Assembly (NCBI GenBank): GCA_965228735.1
Contig: OZ245838.1
Coordinates: forward strand, 4,768,001-4,832,000
Reading direction: 5' to 3'
Source of the DNA: Planctomycetota bacterium
GTDB lineage: Bacteria; Planctomycetota; UBA1135; UBA2386
DNA: 64,000 nt
Position 1 is the stretch's first letter. Each line of letters opens with the position of its first letter. The notes below the pieces were generated by a model. It did not search any database. It saw only the letters and a program-made list of their open reading frames with translations, and was not told the origin of the DNA. Below, piece after piece: positions 1 through 9,367 of the stretch. Both the position numbers and the translations under genes were made by a program.

Positions 1-426
1 GAGCCGACCTACTTTGGCAAGATCGCCAACCACCTTGCCCGCCGGGTCGCCGACGACAAGTTCAGGTCCGCGATCGAGATCCTCAAGCAGCAGTTCGCCG
101 GAACAGTCATCCGATCGAAGCTGCGCGTCAGGGCCTACGCGAGTTCGAAGGAGTCCCTGGAGATTACGAGCGAAGAGGCGTTGGACGTCTGGCTGAACAG
201 CGAGCTCTATCACGGCGACGCGGACAAGCGGGAGCTGCTTCGCCGTGTGCATGGGCTGATGCCGATGGAGTCGTCGCGCGTTCTGTTCCTCTTCCTGCTG
301 CGTGACAAGGCCCTCGCTTGCGTCAATCTCGCGAACTTCATCCGCGTGCTCGATGGCAGGCAGGAGTCGTTCTCTTTTCGAACAGGTGACCAGTCTCTAC
401 CCAGCGCCGACGAGGACGCCCGATGA
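1..426 (+). CDS. hypothetical protein, 5'-truncated by window edge
   Basis: Frame 1 is open from base 1 (EPTYFGKIANHLARR...) to TGA at 424-426 and overlaps the next ATG (ATGA). Confidence 0.7.
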   Translation, partial: EPTYFGKIANHLARRVADDKFRSAIEILKQQFAGTVIRSKLRVRAYASSKESLEITSEEALDVWLNSELYHGDADKRELLRRVHGLMPMESSRVLFLFLLRDKALACVNLANFIRVLDGRQESFSFRTGDQSLPSADEDAR

Positions 427-1193
427 TCGACATCGAACATGAGATGAACGCCTGCGCGCGCAGCATCGGTGGTGAGGTGCTCGATGAGGTGCTTCCCGCC
501 AAGCGCGACTTCAAGAACGCGGACTACCGATTCGAAGACGCCGCGGTCATCGCTGAGCTCAAGACCATCGAGACGGACGTCGCCAACGACGACACCTTCA
601 AGGACCGCGCCGGGGCGCTGCACAAGAGATGGCTGGATGAGGGTCGGATCTCGCCGGCCATCCTCAAGCCGATCGGGAATGACCTCTACGAGTTCAACAT
701 TGGCGACCTGCCGGAGGACTGCCGATTCGAACTCCTTGGTGTTGTGCGCAACCGCGTCTTCGGCGAAGCCCTCAAGGGGGCGAGCAAGCAGCTCCGGCAA
801 ACTAGAGAGCGATTAGGACCTCCCAATGCTAAGGGGCTACTGCTGCTGTGCATCGACGCAGACACTGGCCTAAGCTTGCGCGTGGTCCAGCACACGGTCG
901 GCGAGCTGATGATGCGACACGGCTCGCGCAACCGGGGGATCGCGAGCATTGTGCTTTTCTCCGCCAACTACTGCATCGACATGCCTGGAGGCGCTCCGGT
1001 TCGCCCATGGATGTTCCTCACCGGCATCGACCGCGATGCGATCAGCACGGGTTTCGCCCGAAAGCTCGGGCAGGCGTGGGAAGCACGGATGGAAACGCAC
1101 GGCGGGCCGCCCGTTCTGCGCATGGGAGACGGCAGTCTCGCCGTCCCCGACGCATTGAGCGACCAGAACTTGCGGCCTATTGAGCGGCACTGA
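423..1193 (+). CDS. putative PD-(D/E)xK (restriction-endonuclease-like) nuclease
   Basis: 256-aa ORF coupled to the upstream gene; motif NADYRF...VIAELK fits PD-(D/E)xK. Confidence 0.6.
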   Translation: MIDIEHEMNACARSIGGEVLDEVLPAKRDFKNADYRFEDAAVIAELKTIETDVANDDTFKDRAGALHKRWLDEGRISPAILKPIGNDLYEFNIGDLPEDCRFELLGVVRNRVFGEALKGASKQLRQTRERLGPPNAKGLLLLCIDADTGLSLRVVQHTVGELMMRHGSRNRGIASIVLFSANYCIDMPGGAPVRPWMFLTGIDRDAISTGFARKLGQAWEARMETHGGPPVLRMGDGSLAVPDALSDQNLRPIERH

Positions 1194-1242
1194 ACCCCGC
1201 GACCGAGCTGGGGATGCCGAAGAGTTTGTGCGCTACCGGCAG

Positions 1243-1379
1243 GTAAGCACCCGGTCGCTCTCCTCAAGCTCGACCAGGTGACCGCGAATCTCCTCGATCC
1301 GCTCGGGTGAGTGTCGTGCCATCCGCGCAGTCTGGCGCGCGGAGCTGCGATCAACAGATGGGAGCTACCGGGTGCTTAC
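1243..1379. repeat. 18-bp inverted repeat pair enclosing 101 bp
   Basis: GTAAGCACCCGGTCGCTC (1243-1260) versus GAGCTACCGGGTGCTTAC (1362-1379): 17/18 complementary. Confidence 0.75.
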
Positions 1380-1456
1380 GGAAGAAGTCAGATGCTTGAG
1401 GAAATGCGACGGCCCGGGACGCCGCGACCGGCAGTCTACGGTCGTAGAGTGGCCGG

Positions 1457-2650
1457 ATGCCCGAGCACCAGACCGGTATTCCTGGCGACTACACCCTCGG
1501 CGAGCTGCACGACTTGCTTTGGTCGGTGACGCTGCCAACGGCGGCCCGTCGGCTCGATTGCGACAAGGACTGGCTGCGTGAGTTCTGCGACTACTCGGTG
1601 ATCCCCCTTCCGAAAGCCGACTACTGGCAGAAGAAGCGTTCGGGCAAGCGCGTTCATCAGCGCCGCCTGCCGAAGGGGCTAGACCGACGAGAGACGATCG
1701 CCGCGTTGGTCGAGCGTAGGCGTCGAGGTCAGCCACCAATCGATCCGATCGAGGACGAGCAAGACGTGCTCGACTTGATCGCCGTGATCGATGAGTTGGA
1801 GGTCGAGTTTCGTTCGCCAGACTCGAAGGCTCGGCTTCACCCCGTCGTGGCCGCTACGCGACGGGTGATGAAGAAGACAGCGCGCGACCAGTGGTCGACA
1901 CGATTCAACCGCATTCGGCGACGCTCGTCCTTCGCCGAACCGGTGTTCATCGCCGAGGTCGGCGTCGAGTCCGTTGTCCGGACGGCCCACCTCTTGCAGG
2001 GGCTCGTCGAGGCGGTGCGCAAACTAGGCGGTGATGTTGACGCGTCGCGCGGTGATGTTGCCTGCATCGAGCTACTTGGCGTGCTTCACCGCGTTCGAGT
2101 TCGTGAGCGGCTCAAGCGCCACCGCGAGGCCGCCGAGTCACGCGAGACGGTGCGAGAGTGTTGGCGGCCGACAGGAGTGCTCGAACTGCACGTGGAGTCG
2201 TGGCTCGGCGGTGATCTCTTGGAGAAGTGGACGGATCGCCGAGCGCCGCTCGAAGCCCAGATGCGCGACATTCTGGTTGGTCTGGTTCGAGTTGCGCAGG
2301 TCACGCGTGCCGAGCACCGGGCTCGTCAGCTCGCCGAGGAGCAGGCCAAGCGGGAGCGGGAGGAGCGTCGGCGCGAGGCCGAAGAAGCCGAGCGCCACAA
2401 GCACCGTGGCAAGGCCCTACTTGAAGTCGCACAACAACACGCGGCTTGGAGCACTGTTGCGCGGCTGCTTCATGGCTTCCGAGGGGGCGGCGCGTTGCCC
2501 GGTGACCTTGAGCACTGGTTGTTTCGGGCCGAGGCTGCGGCCCAAGAGCTCAACCCGCTGGCTGACGGTGTCGCGTCCCTACGCGACGCAGTGGAGAAGC
2601 GGGTCGACGAGCAGATGCGCGGTTGGCACTACTACGACCGGCACTACTGA
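1457..2650 (+). CDS. hypothetical protein of a type common in integrative elements (N-terminal HTH-like region, coiled coil)
   Basis: 397 aa; N-terminal ELHDLLWS...IPLPKADYWQK signature; Glu/Arg coiled coil; TAGAGT -10-like box 6 nt before the ATG. Confidence 0.75.
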   Translation: MPEHQTGIPGDYTLGELHDLLWSVTLPTAARRLDCDKDWLREFCDYSVIPLPKADYWQKKRSGKRVHQRRLPKGLDRRETIAALVERRRRGQPPIDPIEDEQDVLDLIAVIDELEVEFRSPDSKARLHPVVAATRRVMKKTARDQWSTRFNRIRRRSSFAEPVFIAEVGVESVVRTAHLLQGLVEAVRKLGGDVDASRGDVACIELLGVLHRVRVRERLKRHREAAESRETVRECWRPTGVLELHVESWLGGDLLEKWTDRRAPLEAQMRDILVGLVRVAQVTRAEHRARQLAEEQAKREREERRREAEEAERHKHRGKALLEVAQQHAAWSTVARLLHGFRGGGALPGDLEHWLFRAEAAAQELNPLADGVASLRDAVEKRVDEQMRGWHYYDRHY

Positions 2651-2943
2651 TGAGCACCGCTGTTGTGCGCCGCCACCGTTGCCGACTCCGGCGAGGCTCG
2701 AAACAAACGGTGCTGCCATAAGCGAGTTGAAGAGCGCTACCGACTACCCTGCTATCGTCTGAGTTGCGATTATGAATACCTCGCAAGCTGCTAGACCAGA
2801 AATAGCCGCGATCAGCTCGTTGTGTTTCCTCAGTCCTTGCCTGGTGGGATTCGCGTTATTTGCCAGTGGGCGTTTTCGCGAGTCGAACGGGGAATGATCG
2901 CTCCGTTATTGAAGCCGAGCCACTCAGGTCTGGGGATGAACGA

Positions 2944-4307
2944 GGGAGTGTGCGATGAACGGTGTATTCGCGTGACGGCTGGTGGGATCCTCTGACCCGT
3001 AGGGAGCCCACCGATGACCCCGAAGAAGAATGACCGCCACCGAATCCCGGACGAGCTGATCGACCAGCTCCTCGCCAACTACGAGAAGCCAGAAGACCTG
3101 ACAGGAAAGGACGGCATCCTCAAGGAGCTGACGGCCCGGCTGCTCGGCCGAGCCCTCGAAGGCGAGATGACCGAGCACCTCGGCTACGAGAAGCACGCAC
3201 CGCGTGCCGAGGGCACGAGCAACGCGCGCAACGGATCACGCAGCAAGACGATCAAGGTCGAGGACGGCGAGCTCGAGATCGAGGTGCCGCGCGATCGCGA
3301 CAGCACGTTCGAGCCCGAGATCGTCAAGAAGCGCCAGAGACGCTTCGCGGGCTTCGACGAGAAGATCCTGGCGCTCTACGCCCGCGGCATGACCGTCCGC
3401 GACATCCAGGGCCACCTGGAGGAGCTGTACGGCGTCGAGGTCTCGCCATCGCTGATCTCGAGCGCCACGTCGGCGGTCCACGAAGACGTCCTGGCCTGGC
3501 AGAGCCGGCCGCTCGAGCCGGTCTACCCGATCGTCTTCCTCGATGCGCTCGTCGTGAAGGTGCGCGACGAAAGCGTCGTCCGAAACAAGTCGGTTTACCT
3601 GGCGATCGGCGTCACGCTCGACGGCCGCCGCGAAGTCCTCGGGATCTGGATCGAGCAGACTGAGGGCGCGAAGTTCTGGCTGAAGGTCATGAACGAGCTG
3701 AAGACGCGCGGCGTCCAGGACATCCTGATTGCGTGCTGCGATGGCCTGAAGGGCTTCCCGGACGCGATCGAGCATGTGTTCCCGCAGGCCACCGTGCAGA
3801 CCTGCATCGTGCACATGATCCGGAACTCGCTGCGCTTCGTCAGCTACAAGGATCGCAAGGCCGTCGCCAAGGACCTCAAGCCGATCTACACGGCCGCCAA
3901 CCGCGAAGCGGCCGAGGCAGCGCTGGATGCCTTCGACAAGAAGTGGGGCCGCCGCTACGAGATGATCACCTCGTCCTGGCGAGCGAACTGGGAGCGTGTC
4001 GTGCCGTTCCTCGACTTCCCGCCCGAGGTCCGGCGCGTGATCTACACGACCAACCAGATCGAGGCGCTCAACTCGAGCCTGCGCAAGCTGCTGCAGTACC
4101 GCGGCCACTTCCCGGACGACAAGTCCGTCACCAAGCTGCTCTACCTCGCGCTGCGTCGCTTCGAGAAGAAGTGGACGCGTGCGCTCTGGAATTGGAGCGC
4201 CGTCCTCGGGCAGCTCGCTATCTTCTTTCAAGGCAGGATACCTGCCCTGTAACCGTGACCTCACTCCGCCAGCTGGTCGCCGTTTACACCGTTAGCTGCA
4301 CACTCCC
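2944..4307 (+). mobile_element. IS256-family insertion sequence, copy 1 (1364 bp)
   Basis: Terminal inverted repeats GGGAGTGTGC.../...GCACACTCCC; 8-bp TSD ATGAACGA at 2936-2943 and 4308-4315. Confidence 0.97.
3014..4252 (+). CDS. IS256-family (Mutator-type) transposase
   Basis: 412 aa; motifs RNG, VPRDR, VFLDAL, CCDGLKG, QTCIVH, YTTNQIEALN. Confidence 0.97.
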   Translation: MTPKKNDRHRIPDELIDQLLANYEKPEDLTGKDGILKELTARLLGRALEGEMTEHLGYEKHAPRAEGTSNARNGSRSKTIKVEDGELEIEVPRDRDSTFEPEIVKKRQRRFAGFDEKILALYARGMTVRDIQGHLEELYGVEVSPSLISSATSAVHEDVLAWQSRPLEPVYPIVFLDALVVKVRDESVVRNKSVYLAIGVTLDGRREVLGIWIEQTEGAKFWLKVMNELKTRGVQDILIACCDGLKGFPDAIEHVFPQATVQTCIVHMIRNSLRFVSYKDRKAVAKDLKPIYTAANREAAEAALDAFDKKWGRRYEMITSSWRANWERVVPFLDFPPEVRRVIYTTNQIEALNSSLRKLLQYRGHFPDDKSVTKLLYLALRRFEKKWTRALWNWSAVLGQLAIFFQGRIPAL

Positions 4308-5049
4308 ATGAACGACTTCGCGCTCGCTTCCTCGGTTGCCGTTCTCAGCGTTCCGAACTGAAGTTGAATCGTGTCGTGGTTGCGAACAATGGTCTCGTCG
4401 CCGTCGACCACTTCCTTGATCAGAGTTGCAATGGCGGTCCCATCTTCTTTCACGTTGTCCGTGAATTCCTTGAGGAGCCTTCTATACTCTTTGTCGGCCG
4501 TGACCCGCGCAGCCTCCGCGGCTTTCTGGGCGATGTCCGCCGCTTCTCTTGCCTGCCGTTCTGCCCGTTCCGCTTCGTGCTTCGACCTTGTTGCGGCACT
4601 GGCGACGAGGTTCGTCATACGGCCCATTATTTCTGTATGGGTCTCGATTGCTTTCTCTGACGCATCTCGCGCGATATTCTCATACCACAAGTGGCCGGTG
4701 CCAAGTGAGAGCAGGAAGCCGAGAGCGATAGCGATGACTGTGCCCACCAGGCTCGACTTCCGACGCCTGGCAAGCTCAGCGTCGTGAACGGCCTTCCACC
4801 GTTCGACTTCTTCGTGGACATCGGCGGTGATCTTTGCACGGATATCTGCGAGCTCCATTAGCCTCTTCTCCTTGGGCGTGACTTCCCGGCCGGCGAAACT
4901 CGGCCCCGGCTCGCAATGGTAGTCGACGCGTCGCACGGCGCAAGTGGAGAGCACGCGGGCGGCGACGGAGCCCACGAAGTCTGAGTCTCCGGGAGGCTAA
5001 TGGCGCCGCATTCTACAGGAAATGCGACGTCGCAGTCCCGGTCTCGTGA

Positions 5050-5397
5050 CTAGGAGCAGGCGTCCCACACTCCATTGCATGTTCCCACGGCTTCGTCCGT
5101 GCAGCAGTACTCTACGCCGCCCAGACATCGACTTCGACCGTCTGCGCAGTGTTGGCTGGCCTGGCGAGGTGTGCCGAGCCTGAGTCCTTTGGGGATGCGG
5201 ATCCCCAGCGCACGGGCTCCTCGCCTAACGTACACGAGCCGCGCGCTCTCAAACTGCACGTCTGATGATCGCATCTCAATTGCCACACGGGGATGGTTCC
5301 GTGGGAAGAGCACGGTAGATGTTGCGTCGATTTGAGCTTTGCCTCGGAATCGAAGCCACTCGGGTTGCGTGGGGTGTTGGGGGCTATTCGATGACAT
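5050..5397 (-). CDS. small hypothetical protein with Cys-rich C-terminus
   Basis: ATG just downstream of the 5415 stop; fills the gap in a minus-strand run; C-terminal C..C..CC..C..C. Confidence 0.4.
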   Translation of the reverse strand: MSSNSPQHPTQPEWLRFRGKAQIDATSTVLFPRNHPRVAIEMRSSDVQFESARLVYVRRGARALGIRIPKGLRLGTPRQASQHCADGRSRCLGGVEYCCTDEAVGTCNGVWDACS

Positions 5398-5414
5398 GGA
5401 CAGCCTCGGAAGTT

Positions 5415-6029
5415 CTACGGTGCGGAGAAGATGCTGATCGTGCAGAGCGTCAAAGCGACAATCATTGACAGGCCTGCCAGGGCGAGAATGCCTGCGCACG
5501 CAAGCTGCACGGGCTTGCGAACATGTTCTAGGGTCTCTCTCGCGTGGACCGCGAAGTCCTCCATCTTGAGGTCTGTGAGATCGTCCAAGCTGGTCAGCAG
5601 CTGGCTGTAGTTCGCCTTGTCGGGGAGTTGTCCCAGGCCGCAGAGCTTGCGGAGATGTGCGAGAGTGTTCCTAAGATCGCGCTCGCCGATGACATCTTTG
5701 TGAGCTCGGAGATCCTTCTTCCAGAGGTTCCAGAGTTCGCTCGTCCCCCCTTGGTTGGCGGACTCCTTCAGCGCGCGAGTCGCCTTAACGGTAGTTGGCG
5801 CAGCGATTGTCACCAATGCCGCGTATGCGGCGAATGCTATCGAGGACGCAACAGCAAGTTGAGTCCTGAGCGGAAGGCTCTTGCCGAGCAAGGCTAAGCC
5901 GTCAGCTAGCAGTGCGAGTGCGAAGAGTGTTGCGATCGACAACGGGCTAGACAGACGAAGCGCCAGCAGGTGCGACCAGTTGAGCCAAGAGCGAAGGCGG
6001 ATGGCGAGTTTCGATGGCAACTTGGCCAT
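5415..6029 (-). CDS. hypothetical membrane protein (2-3 TM)
   Basis: 204 aa with hydrophobic N- and C-terminal segments; abuts the upstream gene's stop. Confidence 0.7.
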   Translation of the reverse strand: MAKLPSKLAIRLRSWLNWSHLLALRLSSPLSIATLFALALLADGLALLGKSLPLRTQLAVASSIAFAAYAALVTIAAPTTVKATRALKESANQGGTSELWNLWKKDLRAHKDVIGERDLRNTLAHLRKLCGLGQLPDKANYSQLLTSLDDLTDLKMEDFAVHARETLEHVRKPVQLACAGILALAGLSMIVALTLCTISIFSAP

Positions 6030-6530
6030 TCAGAAGAGCCTGAGGATTCCGTGGCCGGCAACCCCGACCCATAGCACTAGAAACAGCCAGGGCGTCAATC
6101 GACCCCAGTTCTTCGTGGACAGCCCGTCTCGTAGGAAGCTCCGGCGTGGTCGAAAGTAGTCTTCGGTGTCCGGCCGCGCGGTCAGCATCCGCCTCCCTTC
6201 GGGAACGACGGAGAGCTCCAGTCTGCGGATCAGCTCCTCCTTGTTTCGAAGGTGGTAGAGGAGCCGTGCTGCAGACGTGGCCCAGGCGAAGGCGAGGAGC
6301 GTCCCAGCACATCCAACAGCGAGAACGATGCTCGCAGGAAGTGCATCGAAGAGTCTACTTTCCTTGCCGCCGCTCAAGAGCGCCGCCATCAAGGCCGCGA
6401 ACGCGACTAGCGCAGAGTGAAGGGTTGCGAAGACCCGGAAGACGTTCCAGAAGTGCTGGCTTGCCGAGGACCGAGTCGCGAAAAGAAGCTTGAGCTGCTC
6501 AGCAGCGCTGATTGTTTCTTCGGGGTGCAT
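6030..6530 (-). CDS. small multi-TM protein (RipA/SLATT-like pattern)
   Basis: 166 aa; FWNVFRVFATLHSAL, two TMs, W...Y..K..LIRRLE, then a terminal TM. Confidence 0.6.
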   Translation of the reverse strand: MHPEETISAAEQLKLLFATRSSASQHFWNVFRVFATLHSALVAFAALMAALLSGGKESRLFDALPASIVLAVGCAGTLLAFAWATSAARLLYHLRNKEELIRRLELSVVPEGRRMLTARPDTEDYFRPRRSFLRDGLSTKNWGRLTPWLFLVLWVGVAGHGILRLF

Positions 6531-6554
6531 CGGCTGGACTGAGTTGTTGTTGCG

Positions 6555-7715
6555 CTATTGGACGTAGGACACGCTGAGATTGCCGTTGGCCGTCAAGACG
6601 ATCGAAATGTGGTCGTCGCCAGTTGGATCCGCATGCCCCTCTGGTCCGGACTCTTCGTGGTCCCACTCATCGTCGCCCTCGTGATCGCCCCGATCTGTTC
6701 GGAAGATGTTGGCAAGCGCGACGCCGTTCGCCAGATAGCGCTGGGCCGCAGCTGATCGCGGGTGTTCGTGCGCGTGGCCTGCGGAGAACACGACGTGGGT
6801 AGGGGAGACGGCCTGGATAAACGCCGTGGAGCTCCCGTTGTCGGCGCCGTGATGCGGGGCGATCAACACGTCCGAGTCGATCGTCACGGCGGGTGAGTAA
6901 TCGACCATGTGTCTCTCCGTTGCGATGCACACGTCGTTCGGGTCGCCGATGTGGCGTCCGACGGCGTCTCCTGCGAAGAGAACGGAGCGGCTTCGGTAGG
7001 TCAGGCGCACGCAGATGCTGCCCGCGTTCCGGCGTTCGCTCAGGCTGTTAAGGCCCCAGTCGTCGGGCGGTTGGTGGAAGCCGCAAAGGAACGTGACGAA
7101 GACATCGCCGAAACGAAGCGTCGCTCCGGGCCGGACCGTGCGATGGGCGAGGTTGATGTCCTCGCAGTCTTCATGCTCGACTTCGATGGCGATTGCTTCG
7201 TTCGCGTTGCGCCATGTCGCCGTCGTTCGAGGCAGACCAGTGCGGAGCACACGGCGGACTGTGTAGGCATCCAGGATCTCGTCGACAGCGCCGAGGTGAT
7301 CGGCATCGCTGTGACTTAGGACCATGATCTCGATCTCCTCTGCGTCGTCCTCGATGAAGTCCTGGATCGCTTCGAACGAGCGATTGCCGCCTCCGGAGTA
7401 GTGGCCGGCGTCGTAGATCATGTAGCGGTGTGTTGTCTCTCCTGGCAGTAGCGGCAGCCGCGCGACGCAGGCGAGTCCGGCGCCGATGTCGAGGACCCGG
7501 ATCTCAAGGTCGCCTGGCCCTTGCGGCGTTGGGGCGACGGTTTCCGTTCGCGCTGCTCGATGCTCGTGGTCACCCCACGAGATCGTCGGAGACAGCTGGC
7601 AGGCGCCGAGCGCGACAAGCAGCAGTGTCGAGAATGCGGTCCGAGCGATGTGTTGGACCCGGACGACGACAGACACGGGCCGATCGGCCCGCAGCGAATG
7701 GCGTGCGACGCTCAT
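6555..7715 (-). CDS. ComEC/Rec2-type metallo-beta-lactamase-fold hydrolase (probable nuclease), predicted lipoprotein
   Basis: SHSDADH, LFAGD, APHHG, GHAHEHP, FRTD motifs; lipobox ALGAC; AGGAG SD before ATG 7715. Confidence 0.88.
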   Translation of the reverse strand: MSVARHSLRADRPVSVVVRVQHIARTAFSTLLLVALGACQLSPTISWGDHEHRAARTETVAPTPQGPGDLEIRVLDIGAGLACVARLPLLPGETTHRYMIYDAGHYSGGGNRSFEAIQDFIEDDAEEIEIMVLSHSDADHLGAVDEILDAYTVRRVLRTGLPRTTATWRNANEAIAIEVEHEDCEDINLAHRTVRPGATLRFGDVFVTFLCGFHQPPDDWGLNSLSERRNAGSICVRLTYRSRSVLFAGDAVGRHIGDPNDVCIATERHMVDYSPAVTIDSDVLIAPHHGADNGSSTAFIQAVSPTHVVFSAGHAHEHPRSAAAQRYLANGVALANIFRTDRGDHEGDDEWDHEESGPEGHADPTGDDHISIVLTANGNLSVSYVQ

Positions 7716-8177
7716 GACTCTCCTAGGTTGTGACGACTCCGCGACGAACGCGGACACCTCCCACGGTCGGAGAGGCTACACCGACCTGGGTCGCTGGGGG
7801 AACCCCCTCGCCAGGACGAGGTCGCCTACGTGCCGACGAGCCGCTGAGCTGCGATCCATGCCCAGCCGACGATCGCGGCCGCAGCCCAGAATCCGAGTCC
7901 GTAGAGAAGCCCGTCGATCAGGCTGAGGCGGGCTCTGTAGCCCACAGGTTGCTTCGTGTGTTGCATCGTTGCTCCCAGCATCCAGTGCAGTGGGAGGGGG
8001 ATGCGCTGGCAGGGCTGCGGGGGCAGGTAAGTGTGCCGAGGGGAACTAGGGAAAAAGGGAAGAAGGAGAGTCGAGTTTTACGTCCCTCGAGAGGACAACC
8101 CCGGCACGTGTGTGCCCTCCAGCTAGGGCAGGCCGTCTCAGCGCGCAAGCCCCCGCCGCGCGCCGGAGCGCCGAGGC

Positions 8178-8528
8178 TCAGGCGAGCGCGTCCGCCACGA
8201 TCGCATGCACGCGTTCCAGTGCCTTGCGCATCCGTTCCCGGTCGCGTTCGACCTGCTGCACTGCAACAAGCACGCTTGCCGTAGAGGTCGGTGACGTGAC
8301 CTTCGAGCGTCGTGCCTTCGATCCCTTCGCTGCCTTCTTGCGCTTGCCGGCGCCGCGCACTTGGTAGACCAGCGGCAGCGAGCAGCCGACCTTCTTCGCG
8401 ATGTCGACCGGCGCCACTCCGATTTTCAGCAGCGCGCGGATCTGATCCGACTTCGAGTTCGGTTTCTCCGACGCCGCTTTGCGCCGAGTGGTCTGCTTCT
8501 TCGCGGTCGTCTTCTTTCGGTTCGCCAT
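8178..8528 (-). CDS. small basic DNA-binding protein (HTH with Lys/Arg-rich tails)
   Basis: 116 aa, very basic; KSDQIRALL...PVDIAKKVGCSLPLVYQV is HTH-like. Confidence 0.75.
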   Translation of the reverse strand: MANRKKTTAKKQTTRRKAASEKPNSKSDQIRALLKIGVAPVDIAKKVGCSLPLVYQVRGAGKRKKAAKGSKARRSKVTSPTSTASVLVAVQQVERDRERMRKALERVHAIVADALA

Positions 8529-8765
8529 CGTAGTTGGATTCTTCGCGCGGCGTTGTGGCGGCGCGACAGTTCTGTTCGGAAATCGGTGACCGGAATCCGG
8601 AGAGTAGTGCGTGCGATTCCGCCAACGTGGTCGCGAGGAGGCGCGGAGGCGGGTGAGTTTTTCTGCGACCGTCTATGTCGGGGATGGAACGCGACTTGGG
8701 CCGCACGAGAAGTGCTTCTCGACGAGTGACTGTGAAACGCGCTTATGGAGGTGACGTAGTGGCCT

Positions 8766-9365
8766 GTGAACCCCTTCGAAGGAGCAGGCCCCCCAAGGAT
8801 GAATCGAGGCGCAAACGTGCGTGCCCCTGGCACGTGCCCCCCGAGATCTGATGTCGGTGAGTCGTGGAATCGGCTTCACCGTCGACTGCTGGCGGCACAA
8901 CTACGGCGAACGTCTGATCCTAGGGTCGACGTGGAGAACGAAGTCGCCGAGACCGTTGCGGCGGCCTGGGGCCGCTTCGGTGACGAGCCGTGCGCCAGTG
9001 ACGTGACCAGATGGTCGCGCAAGGTCTTGTCGCGGCGCGTGCGGTCTGCGGACCGGGGGCTTCGTGTTCGTGCCGTCACGGATCACCGCGTCGAGCGCTG
9101 TCTGGACATGGGGCCAACAGCTGATCAGTTGGCTGAAGCGCGGGAGTGGACCGACTCGGCACGGGCGATGCTCGCGGAGGGCGAGTGCCACACATTCGAT
9201 CTGATGAGGCAGGGGGTTACCGCGAACTCCGAGCTCGCCCAGATCCAGCGGACGTCCGTGAGATGCGTGGAAGAGTCGAGGCGGGCCGTGCGGCAGCGCC
9301 TGGCTCGCTTGTCGGGCAGTTTTGCCGACCTGTGTGGGCAGGGGGCCTCTCAGGCCTTTACCTAG
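8766..9365 (+). CDS. divergent ECF sigma-70-like protein
   Basis: Region-2-like DVENEVAETVAAAW...TRW and region-4-like NSELAQIQRTSVRCVEESRRAVRQRL; GGAGG SD; stop 2 nt before the RHS ATG. Confidence 0.55.
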   Translation: MNPFEGAGPPRMNRGANVRAPGTCPPRSDVGESWNRLHRRLLAAQLRRTSDPRVDVENEVAETVAAAWGRFGDEPCASDVTRWSRKVLSRRVRSADRGLRVRAVTDHRVERCLDMGPTADQLAEAREWTDSARAMLAEGECHTFDLMRQGVTANSELAQIQRTSVRCVEESRRAVRQRLARLSGSFADLCGQGASQAFT

Positions 9366-9367
9366 TG

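Larger units (their letters stand above)
2830..4858 (-). pseudogene. single-TM coiled-coil protein gene interrupted by IS256
   Basis: ATG at 4858 with AGGAG/GAGG SD. Removing the IS and one TSD joins ...AKSF to IPRPEWLG...GKD* in frame (218 aa). Confidence 0.75.

Noticed and set aside
3236..4264. Antisense ORF in IS256 (also 31851..33206)
   Set aside because: Substitutions between copies are synonymous in the transposase frame; no independent evidence of coding.
9146..9367. Extended N-termini in the ORF track (RHS from 9146; also 41684, 47944, 55145, 58716 and integrase from 18364)
   Set aside because: They overlap other genes, att arms or intergenic DNA; downstream starts give signal peptides, SD sites or coupled stops.
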